From positions 48,123-112,122 of the forward strand of contig JAIKWD010000033.1 in NCBI GenBank assembly GCA_024685175.1: DNA of 64,000 nucleotides, in the 5' to 3' direction. A model generated the notes under the pieces. The model worked only from the letters and a program-made list of their open reading frames with translations. It did no database searches and was not told the DNA's origin. A program made the translations under genes and the position numbers. Below, piece after piece: positions 1-9,836 of the stretch; positions within the stretch are counted from its first letter, which is position 1, and each line of letters opens with the position of its first letter. The stretch is from Bacteroidales bacterium. Its GTDB lineage: Bacteria; Bacteroidota; Bacteroidia; Bacteroidales; WCHB1-69.

Positions 1-78
1 TCTGGGCATTGGCGGCAATCAAGCCGATGGCAAATAAAACTAACAGAAATATCTTTTTCATAACGCAAAAAATTACTC

Positions 79-531
79 TTAATAAACAAATTGTTGCAAA
101 TTAGCCTCCACATCAGCCTCAAAACGCGCCTTGGGAGACACTATAACATAATAACCGTTGGTATGCAACTTGAACACGTTATACTTGATTTCGTCTTGCG
201 GAAAATCAAAGTCAAATGGGTTGAGTGCACCTTCGCGCACAATTTTGCCCTCATTCACTGAGACACCTTTCTTGGCATACTGATCGATAAAACCCATTTC
301 GTTGGCGCCTTCCACACCTTTCGTGGAAAGTCTGGCAAAGTTGTTCATCTTGTAGTTCAATCTAAACAACACATCGAAATCGTTGTTATACATGTCGTCA
401 AGTTGTGACTGGGAAAACACCTCGTGCATCCTATCGTTCATAACGAACTCACTCTTAGACAATTTTGACACTTGGCTGAATCCCGTCATCACCAAACTAA
501 TGAGCAAACAAAACAATACGGTCTTTTTCAT
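79..531 (-). CDS. hypothetical exported protein (150 aa)
   Basis: ORF with Sec signal peptide (MKKTVLFCLLISLVMTGFS-Q) and its own -7 promoter box at 554-561. Confidence 0.8.
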   Translation of the reverse strand: MKKTVLFCLLISLVMTGFSQVSKLSKSEFVMNDRMHEVFSQSQLDDMYNNDFDVLFRLNYKMNNFARLSTKGVEGANEMGFIDQYAKKGVSVNEGKIVREGALNPFDFDFPQDEIKYNVFKLHTNGYYVIVSPKARFEADVEANLQQFVY

Positions 532-553
532 ATACTGATAATTTTAAAACTTG

Positions 554-561
554 CAAAAATA
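554..561 (-). promoter_or_regulatory. Bacteroidota -7 promoter box TATTTTTG
   Basis: CAAAAATA on + strand, 23 nt upstream of the ATG at 531. Confidence 0.6.
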
Positions 562-646
562 ATATTTTACAGGAAAAAATCAAAAAGAAATTTTCTCTTT
601 CAATGATTAAGTCGCAAATAAGATAGAATATGTTACAAAAAAAACA

Positions 647-2524
647 TTATTTTTCCAATTTGTTATTATCTATCAGCCAGCGCATTACAGCTACGACATC
701 ATCCTCGTCGAATTTTTGGGCCAACTGGGACAAGATATTTTTTTCGGAAAAACCTTGTTTTTTCAGTTCAACAATTTGTTTTGAGACCAGTGAGAAGGTA
801 TCTTCGGGTAATACTTGTTTTTGATTTTTGCGACAGACATCACATTGTCCGCAGGGCTCGCTTTTTGTCTCGCCAAAATAGGCCAACAGTTGTTGGCTGC
901 GACAACGATCCGTAGAGGTAGCATACATTTCCACCGCTTTTGTCCTCTCTTCCGCCTTCATCTTACGATTGGCGTATACGGCGGGTTCGAAATAGATATG
1001 ATTATCGGGAATTCTGTCCTTCAAGAAGACTATGAGCGGAATCTGGCTTTGAGGCTGATAGGAAAGGACCTGAGCTTTTCTCAAGGTATGCAACAATTCC
1101 ACCACCTCTTCTTCTTTCATGCCGGCGCGAGTCGCGAGGAGGTCTTCGTTAATGTTAACATATTGGGTAAATACGCCGCCGTACGATCGCAGAAGCAATT
1201 TGACAAACTCTTCCCATTCAGGATGTTTCTCTTCAAAATCGAGCAATGCATCCCCATTCATCAGAAAGTGTATTTGAGAATTCTCGCGCAAGTGTTCCGA
1301 CATCACAATCATGCCGGCCTTGGCCAAGAAATCCATCGCATTGAAAAGCTGTACGGGATCCATCTTCATCCTTCGGGCATGTTGTTCAAGATAGAAGGGT
1401 TGAATCATGTTTTTGCCCGTCCCCATCTCAATTCTATAAAACTGGCAAAGGTCGTCATATACCTCACGCACCTTTTCCAAGGGTGGAAAAGACAGGGTGA
1501 GATTGCGGTGAAGCTGCCGAATATCGTTGCCTTCATAGAGCAAGATGGCGACAGCGGGTTGTCCATCCCGTCCGCCGCGCCCAGCCTCTTGGAAGTACGC
1601 CTCCAGGGAGTCCGGCAAGTCCAGGTGAACGACAAAACGGACACACGGATTATCAATGCCCATACCAAAAGCATTCGTGGCCACGATGACACGAGTCTGG
1701 CCGATCATCCATCCATTCTGACGGGCGTCGCGCTCCTTGGGATCAAGTCCGGCGTGGTAGCACTCGGCCGTAATCCCGTTTTTTCGAAGAAATACGGCCA
1801 CCTCAGCGGTCTTGCGTCGGTTGCGCACATACACGATACCCGTACCTGGAAAGCGTTGCAGGATACGGAGCAACCGGCCGTACTTGTCCTCTTCCTTAAC
1901 CACAAAATAGGTAAGATTCTCCCTTTTGAAACTCTTTTGAAAGACATTCTCCTCCTTAAAGCCCAATCTCACCTGAATATCCTTGACCACTTCAGGGGTG
2001 GCGGTGGCCGTCAGGGCCAACACCGGCGCTTGGGGGAACACCTTGCGAATTTCGGCTATTTGCAGATATGGTGGACGGAAATCGTAGCCCCACTGCGAGA
2101 TACAGTGCGCCTCATCCACGGCAATCATCTTGACAGGCATCTTCTCCAAATTAACCCGAAACAGATCGGTCTGCAGCCTTTCCGGAGAGACATACAAGAA
2201 GCGATAATCCGGATCAAACATGGCATTATGTATCGCATCTTCGATCTCACTTCGGCGCATGCCTGAGTAAATAGCGGCCGCTTTGATGCCTCTTTCCTTG
2301 AGATGGGCCACCTGGTCCTTCATCAACGCAATAAGGGGGGAGACCACTATGCCAAGTCCCTGCAATGCCATGACGGGCACTTGGAAACAGATGGACTTTC
2401 CCCCTCCCGTGGGCAACAACGCAAGCGTATCTCGCCCATCCAATACCGAACGGATAATATCCTCCTGCATCGGACGAAAGTTGTCGTAGCCCCAGTATTG
2501 CTTTAGGATTTGGTGAATGTCCAT
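647..2524 (-). CDS. recQ: RecQ-family ATP-dependent DNA helicase (no HRDC domain)
   Basis: LPTGGGKS, VDEAHCISQWGYDFRP, QEAGRGGRDG, C-terminal Zn motif CRSQQLLAYFGE...CGQCDVC. Confidence 0.93.
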   Translation of the reverse strand: MDIHQILKQYWGYDNFRPMQEDIIRSVLDGRDTLALLPTGGGKSICFQVPVMALQGLGIVVSPLIALMKDQVAHLKERGIKAAAIYSGMRRSEIEDAIHNAMFDPDYRFLYVSPERLQTDLFRVNLEKMPVKMIAVDEAHCISQWGYDFRPPYLQIAEIRKVFPQAPVLALTATATPEVVKDIQVRLGFKEENVFQKSFKRENLTYFVVKEEDKYGRLLRILQRFPGTGIVYVRNRRKTAEVAVFLRKNGITAECYHAGLDPKERDARQNGWMIGQTRVIVATNAFGMGIDNPCVRFVVHLDLPDSLEAYFQEAGRGGRDGQPAVAILLYEGNDIRQLHRNLTLSFPPLEKVREVYDDLCQFYRIEMGTGKNMIQPFYLEQHARRMKMDPVQLFNAMDFLAKAGMIVMSEHLRENSQIHFLMNGDALLDFEEKHPEWEEFVKLLLRSYGGVFTQYVNINEDLLATRAGMKEEEVVELLHTLRKAQVLSYQPQSQIPLIVFLKDRIPDNHIYFEPAVYANRKMKAEERTKAVEMYATSTDRCRSQQLLAYFGETKSEPCGQCDVCRKNQKQVLPEDTFSLVSKQIVELKKQGFSEKNILSQLAQKFDEDDVVAVMRWLIDNNKLEK

Positions 2525-2537
2525 GGGAGAATTAAAA

Positions 2538-2587
2538 AATCAGGAATGAGGAATGAAAGAAGGGGTTCATTGGTTCATCGGTTCATT
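2538..2587. repeat. intergenic microrepeat tracts: heptamer (AAT[C/G]AGG) plus octamer GGTTCAT[T/C] x3
   Basis: aatcaggaatgaggaatgaaa...ggttcattggttcatcggttcatt. Confidence 0.75.
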
Positions 2588-3329
2588 GTACAGCGAACAG
2601 CTTGTAATTCGCGAGGTGCCATTTCTGGAGACGGTATTGCATAGCAGTGTGCAGAACGCCAAAGCCGTAACGAACACTTCGACCAAAATTAATGGACGAA
2701 GCCTCGGGAAAGTATTTCGTGGGGCAGGTGATTTCGGCGATTTCATAACCTGCGTAGAAGATTTGGGCCAACATTTGATTGTCGAAGACAAAATCGTCGG
2801 AGTTGGCCATGAAATTGATTTTTCTCAGCACCTCAGCGGAGAAGGCGCGATAGCCGGTATGATACTCGGACAACTTTTGGCCCATGATGATATTCTGCAC
2901 CAAAGTAAGACCTCTGTTGAAGAAATACTTGTAACGTGGCATTCCACCTTTGCGTGCTCCACGGCCCAAAATTCTTGAGCCGAGCACCACCGGATAGACA
3001 CCATTCACTATCACATATACCATGGATTCAATAAGTTTCGGAGTGTATTGATAATCAGGGTGCAGCATCACCACCACGTCGGCGCCCAAAGAGAGAGCCG
3101 TCTGGTAGCAGGTCTTCTGGTTGGCTCCGTAGCCTTTGTTACGATCATGGCTTACAATATGGCTGATTCCCAACGATTTCGCTACGGAAAGAGTACCATC
3201 GGACGAGTTGTCGTCCACCAAGATGACGTCATCTACAATATCGAGTGGGATCTCGTTATATGTTTGTCTCAGCGTCATGGCCGCATTATAGGCAGGCAAC
3301 ACCACACATATTCTCTTATCTTTTACCAT
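2583..3329 (-). CDS. glycosyltransferase family 2 (DPM1-like)
   Basis: VVLPAYNAA, LVDDNSSDGT, GYGANQK, HPDYQY, HTGYRAF motifs. Confidence 0.9.
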   Translation of the reverse strand: MVKDKRICVVLPAYNAAMTLRQTYNEIPLDIVDDVILVDDNSSDGTLSVAKSLGISHIVSHDRNKGYGANQKTCYQTALSLGADVVVMLHPDYQYTPKLIESMVYVIVNGVYPVVLGSRILGRGARKGGMPRYKYFFNRGLTLVQNIIMGQKLSEYHTGYRAFSAEVLRKINFMANSDDFVFDNQMLAQIFYAGYEIAEITCPTKYFPEASSINFGRSVRYGFGVLHTAMQYRLQKWHLANYKLFAVQ

Positions 3330-3351
3330 TCTTGCGCTATTTTTGAAAGCG

Positions 3352-3403
3352 CAAAAATACTAAAATATCGTGCTACTATACATTCCTTTTTTTAGTATTT
3401 TTG
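3352..3403. promoter_or_regulatory. divergent pair of -7 promoter boxes (3352-3359 minus; 3396-3403 plus)
   Basis: CAAAAATA and TATTTTTG between divergent genes. Confidence 0.65.
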
Positions 3404-3429
3404 CCGTTTTAAAGTCACAGCACGTGTCT

Positions 3430-5103
3430 ATGAATTGCAAACATATAACGGCTTTCCTAGCTCTCATGATCATCCTGGGGGCATGTGCCAAGGTTGTGGC
3501 ACCTACGGGTGGTCCTAAAGACACCACCCCACCCAAGGTATTGAAAGAAGTTCCTGTCAACGGCAGTGTCCGGTTGAAGGAGCCGGTCGTCAAGGTCACC
3601 TTCGACGAATATTTCACCCTGAACAACCCAACCGACAACGTGCTCATCTCCCCTCCCCTGCAAGAGCAACCTCATTTCAACGTCAACGGGAAGACAATGG
3701 TCATCAAGTTCAAGGAGGAGTTACGCCCCAATACCACTTATAACTTGGTGTTTTCCAATTGCATACAGGACTATCACGAGAGCAACAAACTCAGTTATTA
3801 CCATTATAGTTTCTCGACGGGAGATATCATCGACACCTTTATGTTGGCCGGAAAAGTCAATATGGCGGGCACTTTGGAGCCGGGCGAGGACTTGTTTGTC
3901 TTCCTTTACGACCAAGATGTGGACTCGTTGCCTATGACCACACGTCCCACCTACCTGACCAAGACGCAGAAAGACGGCTCCTTCGCCTTTCACAATGTCC
4001 AGCCGGGCGACTATAAAGTTTTTGCACTGAAGGATTTGAATGCCAACTTATTGTACGACCTACCTGACGAGTCTGTGGCTTTTGTCAGCGGCACTGTGGC
4101 CTCTTATCCTGAGCCCAAGCGGGACACCACCGCCAAACGGGATGCCACAACGACAACCGCCTTACCGAAACTTGACTTGTTCGCTTTCGTGGCACCTGCG
4201 GCCGAACCGACACTACTGCGATATGAGAATCCGGCTGTCGGCATCTACAAGTTCCCCTACAAGTCAGCCGTCGAGCAATTCACTGCTACGCCGCTTGAAC
4301 GAGACGTGCCGCATTTCCAGACGATCAACAAGTCGATGGATACCATCACCTGGTACTTGAAGGAAACATTGAATGACACCCTCGAGTACGCTTTTATAGC
4401 TGATGGGCACTCCGACACCGTGAGGATCAGCCCATTCAAGGCGAAAAAGGGACCAGCCCCTCGCGGCGGAGCCAGAAACACGAATGCGCCCTCGTTAGCA
4501 ATCTCCGTACTCAATCAAGGCCATCGCTTCAAGCCTATAACTTTGGCATTCAGTTATCCCGCGATGCCCACCGATTCCATCGACATACTCTTCATCTCCC
4601 ATCACAAGAGCGACACCGACACGGTAGTTTGCCGCACGGCCGTCCCCGACAGTTTGGTCACGAGATTGCCCTTGACAGTCCAATTGGAAGACAAAAAGAA
4701 TTACACGATGATCATCCCTGATTCCGTGTTCCAAGGATACAACGGCGGTTACAACGACTCCATCAAGTCCACCTTCACCCAGAAGACCCAAAAAGATTAT
4801 GGATCCTTGATTATGGAATACTCGATGGAAAAGGCCAAATGTCAATATATCATACAGTTATGGAATGGTGCCACGATGATACAGGAAGACATTCTGACCA
4901 AGACCGCCACTATATCCTATCTTGGCTTGGACCCGGGCGGTTACAGTATCCGGGCCATTGAAGACCGCAACAACAACGGGCGTTGGGATGCCGGCGATTA
5001 TCGGACCGGCCTGCAGCCCGAGCGTATCATCTCCTACCCTAGTGTCATCAACATACGGGCTTTTTGGGAGAACGAAGAGAGTTTTAACCTTACGGAAGAA
5101 TAG
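3430..5103 (+). CDS. lipoprotein with Ig-like (Big_5) domain, conserved in Bacteroidota
   Basis: lipobox LGAC followed by AKVVAPTGGPKDTTPP, FDEYF and EDRNNNGRWD; start moved to ATG 3430, downstream of the promoter box. Confidence 0.85.
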   Translation: MNCKHITAFLALMIILGACAKVVAPTGGPKDTTPPKVLKEVPVNGSVRLKEPVVKVTFDEYFTLNNPTDNVLISPPLQEQPHFNVNGKTMVIKFKEELRPNTTYNLVFSNCIQDYHESNKLSYYHYSFSTGDIIDTFMLAGKVNMAGTLEPGEDLFVFLYDQDVDSLPMTTRPTYLTKTQKDGSFAFHNVQPGDYKVFALKDLNANLLYDLPDESVAFVSGTVASYPEPKRDTTAKRDATTTTALPKLDLFAFVAPAAEPTLLRYENPAVGIYKFPYKSAVEQFTATPLERDVPHFQTINKSMDTITWYLKETLNDTLEYAFIADGHSDTVRISPFKAKKGPAPRGGARNTNAPSLAISVLNQGHRFKPITLAFSYPAMPTDSIDILFISHHKSDTDTVVCRTAVPDSLVTRLPLTVQLEDKKNYTMIIPDSVFQGYNGGYNDSIKSTFTQKTQKDYGSLIMEYSMEKAKCQYIIQLWNGATMIQEDILTKTATISYLGLDPGGYSIRAIEDRNNNGRWDAGDYRTGLQPERIISYPSVINIRAFWENEESFNLTEE

Positions 5104-5124
5104 ATTTCCAAGACCGCCTATACT

Positions 5125-8100
5125 ATGTATAACAACAAGACTATCAACAAGATGCTAGAGAAGGCAGCGATGATGGTCTTCGTGCTGTTCGCGTGGATCG
5201 GGAGTGGGTACGGGCAGATGCGCACGGACACGAATGTGTACGTCACACTTTGTCAAGGTGCTCCGTCTTACACTTTTCCGAGCGTCGATTTCTTCCAGGG
5301 GCGGACGTTCAACGCCAGCGGGCTATACACGGACACGTTACGTGGGGGTGCGGTCGGCGGCGCCGACAGTATTATGCGGTTATACTTGACCATCATCGAG
5401 AATCCTGAGGTCACCATACTCTCCGACCCTGCCGGCCCCAACTATTGCGCAGGCATTCCGGTGACGCTGACCGCCGCGAGCAATTTCAGCAATGACGTTT
5501 TGTTGCAGGAAGATTTTGATTGTTTGGCAGAGGTCTGCGACACCTGTGACGACCAATGCAACGCTTATTACGAAACATATAATGGATTGGGTTGTAATGG
5601 TTTAGCGCCAGGCGGTACGAATTATGAGTTATCGCAAAGCAATTACGCCACCATTCTTCCAAATTTTCCGACTAGAGTTAATGCATACCCTGCGGGCGAT
5701 GCAATCAAAATAGGCAAAATAGCAAAAATTGGAAGTATCACCTCCACCCCTTTGGATTTAAGTCAACCTTTCGGGGTGACCATTCGAGCAAAGGGTTGGG
5801 GAACGTATCCGGGTAAAATCATCGTCAGCGTGGATGGCGGGCACGAGCAGGCGTTTGTCACCACCAATGACGAATGGCCAGGCACCTATAGGGACACCAC
5901 GCTCTACTTTGCCGCCGCCACGGTTTCTTCAACCATTACCATCCGCACGGATACAATCATTATGGGGACGGGAGCCACGGATATCACGGGGTATCGGGCA
6001 CTCATCGACGAAATACGGATTTCGAGGATGTGTCATTACCAATGGAGCACACCAAACAACGATGCCACGTCCGCCATCACGTTCACGCCCACACAGGATT
6101 CAACGTACAGCGTAACCGTTACTGGTGACAACGGGTGCAGAGGATCGACCAGCCACCCTATCCACATCGTCCATTCAACGGGCACGGTGGACGAGGTGAC
6201 TACCGTAGGTAGTTACATCTGGCACGGGCGAGTGTACACATCACCCGGGGAGTATTATTATGCAAATGTGGGAGCCAACGGCTGCGAAAGTGTGGACACC
6301 TTGCGACTAACCTTAGAAGAGGTTGACTTGTGCAACAGTTGGCAAATCGTGACCAGCACCAACGACTTGCAGGTTGGCGACAGGATAATCATTGCGGCCT
6401 GCGACGATGACTTGGCTCTTGGGGAACAAAACGGCAATTTCAGGGACACAGTGCCAATCATCAAATCAGCAGACCATTCCACCATTGAATCCATCGGTAA
6501 TGCCACCATACTCACTGTGGTTCAGACAAGTCCAAACTACCTTCTGTTAGCTGAAAATGGCTATCTCTTTTACCCTGGATCCAACAACTACTTAAATGAA
6601 GGCGAAATCACATCGAACAGCTATTGGGATATCACTTTTAACGGAGGCACTGCTTATATAAGAAACATCAGTTATCCAAACTTCTCTATCCAATACAATT
6701 CAAGCGCTCCTCGTTTTTCTTGTTACTCAAGTGTTCAAAAGAAAATCTCCATCTACAAACTTGGAATTGCCCATAGTGATATTTCCATCACAAATTGTGG
6801 TCCCATCACATTTTCAGGACAAACCTATTCCTCAACCGGAGACTATGAAATTGTTCTGGACAATGCGTCTACTGACGGTTGCGACAGTATCGTCCACTTG
6901 CACTTGACCATTTTGCCGATACCTACCTTGAGTGTTTCTCCCGAAAAAGACACCGTTTGTTCCGGGGAGAGCATCACCCTGAATGCCACAAGTGATTGTA
7001 TGGCAGGAGAATTTGCCTATACGGAAGGGTTTGCTGCCCTTACAACAGGCAATAGCACAAGCACGAGTGATTCAAGAATCCCTGTTCCCCCTATTTTTTA
7101 TCAAACTTCTCAACTATTTGCAAATGGCAATGCCGCTTATCAAGCCGGAGGGGCAGTTAAACTAGCATCAAGAGACTCAATAGGGTATCTTACGACAGAA
7201 CCATTAGATCTCTCTACCGATTTCACCATCAAAATATGGGCAAAAAAATGGAATGCTGGTGAAGGTGAATTTTCAGTCACCGTGGACAACACCCTACTCT
7301 GGTCGAGGATGCCAGATTCAGAAACTAATTTCGTCGAACACACGCATAATTTTGCAGCAGCGACTACATCATCAATCATCACAATCGCTGCTGAAAACAA
7401 AAGAAGAGTCTTCATCGATTCAGTGGCCATTGTCGGCAGTTCGGAATGTGCGTATGTCTGGAGGAGAGGTGCGGACACCTTGTCGCAAGTAAACAGTGTC
7501 GTCGTCACACCGGAGTCGAGTGGTTGGTATCACGCCTCAGTCACGGACCAAAACGGTTGCTCAAGCGAAGACAGTGTGGAGATTATCGTGCCGAGGGGAA
7601 TCAGCGACACGGCTACGGCCTGCAATTGGTACGAGTGGCTCGGAGACACCTACACCGAGAGCGGAACGTACTACCACCCCTACACCGACGCCAACGGATG
7701 CAACCAGGTAGACACATTGCACCTGACCGTCAACCGGCCGTTCGCCGTTGACACCTTCGCCACCGCCTGCGGTTCGTTCACATGGCTCGGAACTGAGTAC
7801 ACTGCGACACCCGACGTTGCACCCACCTTCACCACTACTGCCGCCAACGGATGCGATAGCGTCGTGGCCCTGCACCTGACCGTCAACCGGCCGTTCGCCG
7901 TCGACACCTTCGCCACCGCCTGCGGCTCCTTCACCTGGCACGGGAACGAGTACACAGAGACACCCGACGTCGCACCCACCTTCACCACTACTGCCGCCAA
8001 CGGATGCGATTCCGTCGTGACCTTGCACCTGACCGTCAACCGGCCGTCCGCCGTCGACACCTTCGCCACCGCCTGCGGCTCGTTCATCTGGCACGGGACC

Positions 8101-9765
8101 GAATACACCGAGACACCTGCGGTTGACCCCACCTTCACGACGACTGCCGCCAACGGTTGTGATAGCGTCGTGACCCTGCACCTGACCGTCAACCGGCCGT
8201 TCGCCGTTGACACCTTCGCCACCGTCTGCGGATCTTTCATCTGGCACGGGAACGAGTACACCGAGACACCCACGGTTGACCCCACCTTCACGACGACTGC
8301 CGCCAACGAGTGTGACTCCGTCGTGACCCTGCACCTGACCGTATTCCCAAAGACACCTTCCTATGAGGAGACCACAACGTGTGGCAGCTACGAGTGGTTC
8401 GGCAACACCTACACCGAAAGCGGAACGTACTACCATCCCTACACCGACGCCAACGGATGCAGCCAGGCAGACACGCTGCGCCTGACCGTCAACCCGTTGC
8501 CGAACGTCACGATTTCCGGCAACCTCTATATCCACCAGTTCGAGAGCACCACCCTCACGGCCGGCGGGGCCGCATCGTATGTCTGGTCCGACAACGAGAC
8601 CAGCCCTACCGTCACCGTATCGCCCACCGTTAGCACCCTCTACTCGGTCACGGGCACCGACGAGAACGATTGCCGGAACAGCGCACAGGTGGTCGTGACG
8701 GTCGGCGACTGCATCCCCGCGCAAGGCGTGGACGAGCAGACCGCATGCGACTCGTTCACCTGGGTCGACGGCATCACCTATTACCAGAGCAACACTTCGG
8801 CCACACACATCATCCCCAACGGCGCGATCAACGGCTGCGACTCCGTCGTGACCCTGCACCTGACCGTCAACCGGCCGTTCGCCGTCGACACCTTCGCCAC
8901 CGCCTGCGGCTCCTTCACCTGGCACGGGACCGAATACACCGAGACACCCACGGTTGACCCCACCTTCACGACGACTGCCGCCAACGGATGCGATAGCGTC
9001 GTGACCCTGCACCTGACCGTAAACAAGCCGTTCGCCGTCGACACCTTCGCCACCGTCTGCGGCTCCTTCATCTGGCACGGGAACGAGTACACTGCAACGC
9101 CCGACGCTGCCCCGACCTTCACGACCACCGCCGCCAACGGATGCGATAGCGTCGTGACCCTGCACCTGACCGTATTCCCAAAGACACCTTCCTATGAGGA
9201 GACCACAACGTGTGACAGCTACGAGTGGTTCGGCAACACCTACACCGAAAGCGGAACGTACTACCATCCCTACACCGACGCCAACGGATGCAGCCAGGTA
9301 GACACGCTGCATCTGACCGTCTCGCCTAGCACAAATGAGCTACTGACCGTCACCGAATGTGATTCGTATTATTGGAACGGCCATACTTATTACAATTCAG
9401 GCATATACACATACACCCACTTTAACGAATACGGTTGCGAACAGAATGATACGTTACACCTTATCATCACGCCCTGCGAGGAAATACTCACCATGCCCAA
9501 TGCCTTCTCGCCCAATGGCGATGGCCTCAACGATTATTTCAGCCTGCCAAAGCCATATGTCGATCAAATAAACGGCAAAAGTTTCAGAATCGCCATATAC
9601 AACCGCTGGGGACAGATCGTTTTCTCGTCCTCCGACAAACATTTCAAGTGGTATGGTGACTATCATGGTGAAATCTATCACAACAACACGTATTCTTACT
9701 TTATTGAATATCTTGATTCCATGGGAGAGCAACATCAGCTTAAAGGTTCAATCGTTGTTTTATAG
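5125..9765 (+). CDS. large repeat-rich surface protein with T9SS type B (gliding-motility-associated) C-terminal domain
   Basis: signal peptide ...GYG-Q; C-terminal MPNAFSPNGDGLNDYF...IYNRWGQIVF...KGSIVVL; many CDSVVTLHLTV repeats. Confidence 0.88.
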   Translation: MYNNKTINKMLEKAAMMVFVLFAWIGSGYGQMRTDTNVYVTLCQGAPSYTFPSVDFFQGRTFNASGLYTDTLRGGAVGGADSIMRLYLTIIENPEVTILSDPAGPNYCAGIPVTLTAASNFSNDVLLQEDFDCLAEVCDTCDDQCNAYYETYNGLGCNGLAPGGTNYELSQSNYATILPNFPTRVNAYPAGDAIKIGKIAKIGSITSTPLDLSQPFGVTIRAKGWGTYPGKIIVSVDGGHEQAFVTTNDEWPGTYRDTTLYFAAATVSSTITIRTDTIIMGTGATDITGYRALIDEIRISRMCHYQWSTPNNDATSAITFTPTQDSTYSVTVTGDNGCRGSTSHPIHIVHSTGTVDEVTTVGSYIWHGRVYTSPGEYYYANVGANGCESVDTLRLTLEEVDLCNSWQIVTSTNDLQVGDRIIIAACDDDLALGEQNGNFRDTVPIIKSADHSTIESIGNATILTVVQTSPNYLLLAENGYLFYPGSNNYLNEGEITSNSYWDITFNGGTAYIRNISYPNFSIQYNSSAPRFSCYSSVQKKISIYKLGIAHSDISITNCGPITFSGQTYSSTGDYEIVLDNASTDGCDSIVHLHLTILPIPTLSVSPEKDTVCSGESITLNATSDCMAGEFAYTEGFAALTTGNSTSTSDSRIPVPPIFYQTSQLFANGNAAYQAGGAVKLASRDSIGYLTTEPLDLSTDFTIKIWAKKWNAGEGEFSVTVDNTLLWSRMPDSETNFVEHTHNFAAATTSSIITIAAENKRRVFIDSVAIVGSSECAYVWRRGADTLSQVNSVVVTPESSGWYHASVTDQNGCSSEDSVEIIVPRGISDTATACNWYEWLGDTYTESGTYYHPYTDANGCNQVDTLHLTVNRPFAVDTFATACGSFTWLGTEYTATPDVAPTFTTTAANGCDSVVALHLTVNRPFAVDTFATACGSFTWHGNEYTETPDVAPTFTTTAANGCDSVVTLHLTVNRPSAVDTFATACGSFIWHGTEYTETPAVDPTFTTTAANGCDSVVTLHLTVNRPFAVDTFATVCGSFIWHGNEYTETPTVDPTFTTTAANECDSVVTLHLTVFPKTPSYEETTTCGSYEWFGNTYTESGTYYHPYTDANGCSQADTLRLTVNPLPNVTISGNLYIHQFESTTLTAGGAASYVWSDNETSPTVTVSPTVSTLYSVTGTDENDCRNSAQVVVTVGDCIPAQGVDEQTACDSFTWVDGITYYQSNTSATHIIPNGAINGCDSVVTLHLTVNRPFAVDTFATACGSFTWHGTEYTETPTVDPTFTTTAANGCDSVVTLHLTVNKPFAVDTFATVCGSFIWHGNEYTATPDAAPTFTTTAANGCDSVVTLHLTVFPKTPSYEETTTCDSYEWFGNTYTESGTYYHPYTDANGCSQVDTLHLTVSPSTNELLTVTECDSYYWNGHTYYNSGIYTYTHFNEYGCEQNDTLHLIITPCEEILTMPNAFSPNGDGLNDYFSLPKPYVDQINGKSFRIAIYNRWGQIVFSSSDKHFKWYGDYHGEIYHNNTYSYFIEYLDSMGEQHQLKGSIVVL
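7732..8343 (+). repeat. four tandem 153-bp (51-aa) intragenic repeats
   Basis: units start at 7732, 7885, 8038 and 8191 (aaccggccgt..; NRPFAVDTFATACGSFTWHG...CDSVVTLHLTV). Confidence 0.92.
8841..9321 (+). repeat. near-identical copy (offset 831 bp) of block ~8010-8490
   Basis: 8038->8869, 8191->9022, 8344->9175, including the FPKTPSYEETTTC..YEWFGNTYTESGTYYHPYTDANGCSQ unit. Confidence 0.88.
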
Positions 9766-9793
9766 TCTACCCCACTTCTTAATAAAAAATCAC

Positions 9794-9801
9794 TATTTTT
9801 G
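9794..9801 (+). promoter_or_regulatory. -7 promoter box TATTTTTG
   Basis: upstream of the GT2 ATG at 9837. Confidence 0.6.
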
Positions 9802-9836
9802 CACCCCCAAGGGGGTAAAAGTTTTTATTAACAAAT

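Noticed and set aside
815-2266. 483-aa plus-strand ORF opposite recQ (likewise 20766-22025, 30687-31988 and 47120-47959)
   Set aside because: Antisense shadows of well-supported genes with biased codon usage; no recognisable motifs.
7732-8343. Regular repeats as a possible CRISPR array or DGR template/variable pair
   Set aside because: Units are in-frame 153-bp coding repeats without unique spacers. No cas or reverse transcriptase gene is present, and differences are mostly synonymous rather than adenine-specific.
7561-9312. 583-aa antisense ORF (and nested 208-aa and 118-aa ORFs)
   Set aside because: Shadow of the GC3-rich repeats of the 1546-aa sense gene; low-complexity Gly/Val translation with no start context.
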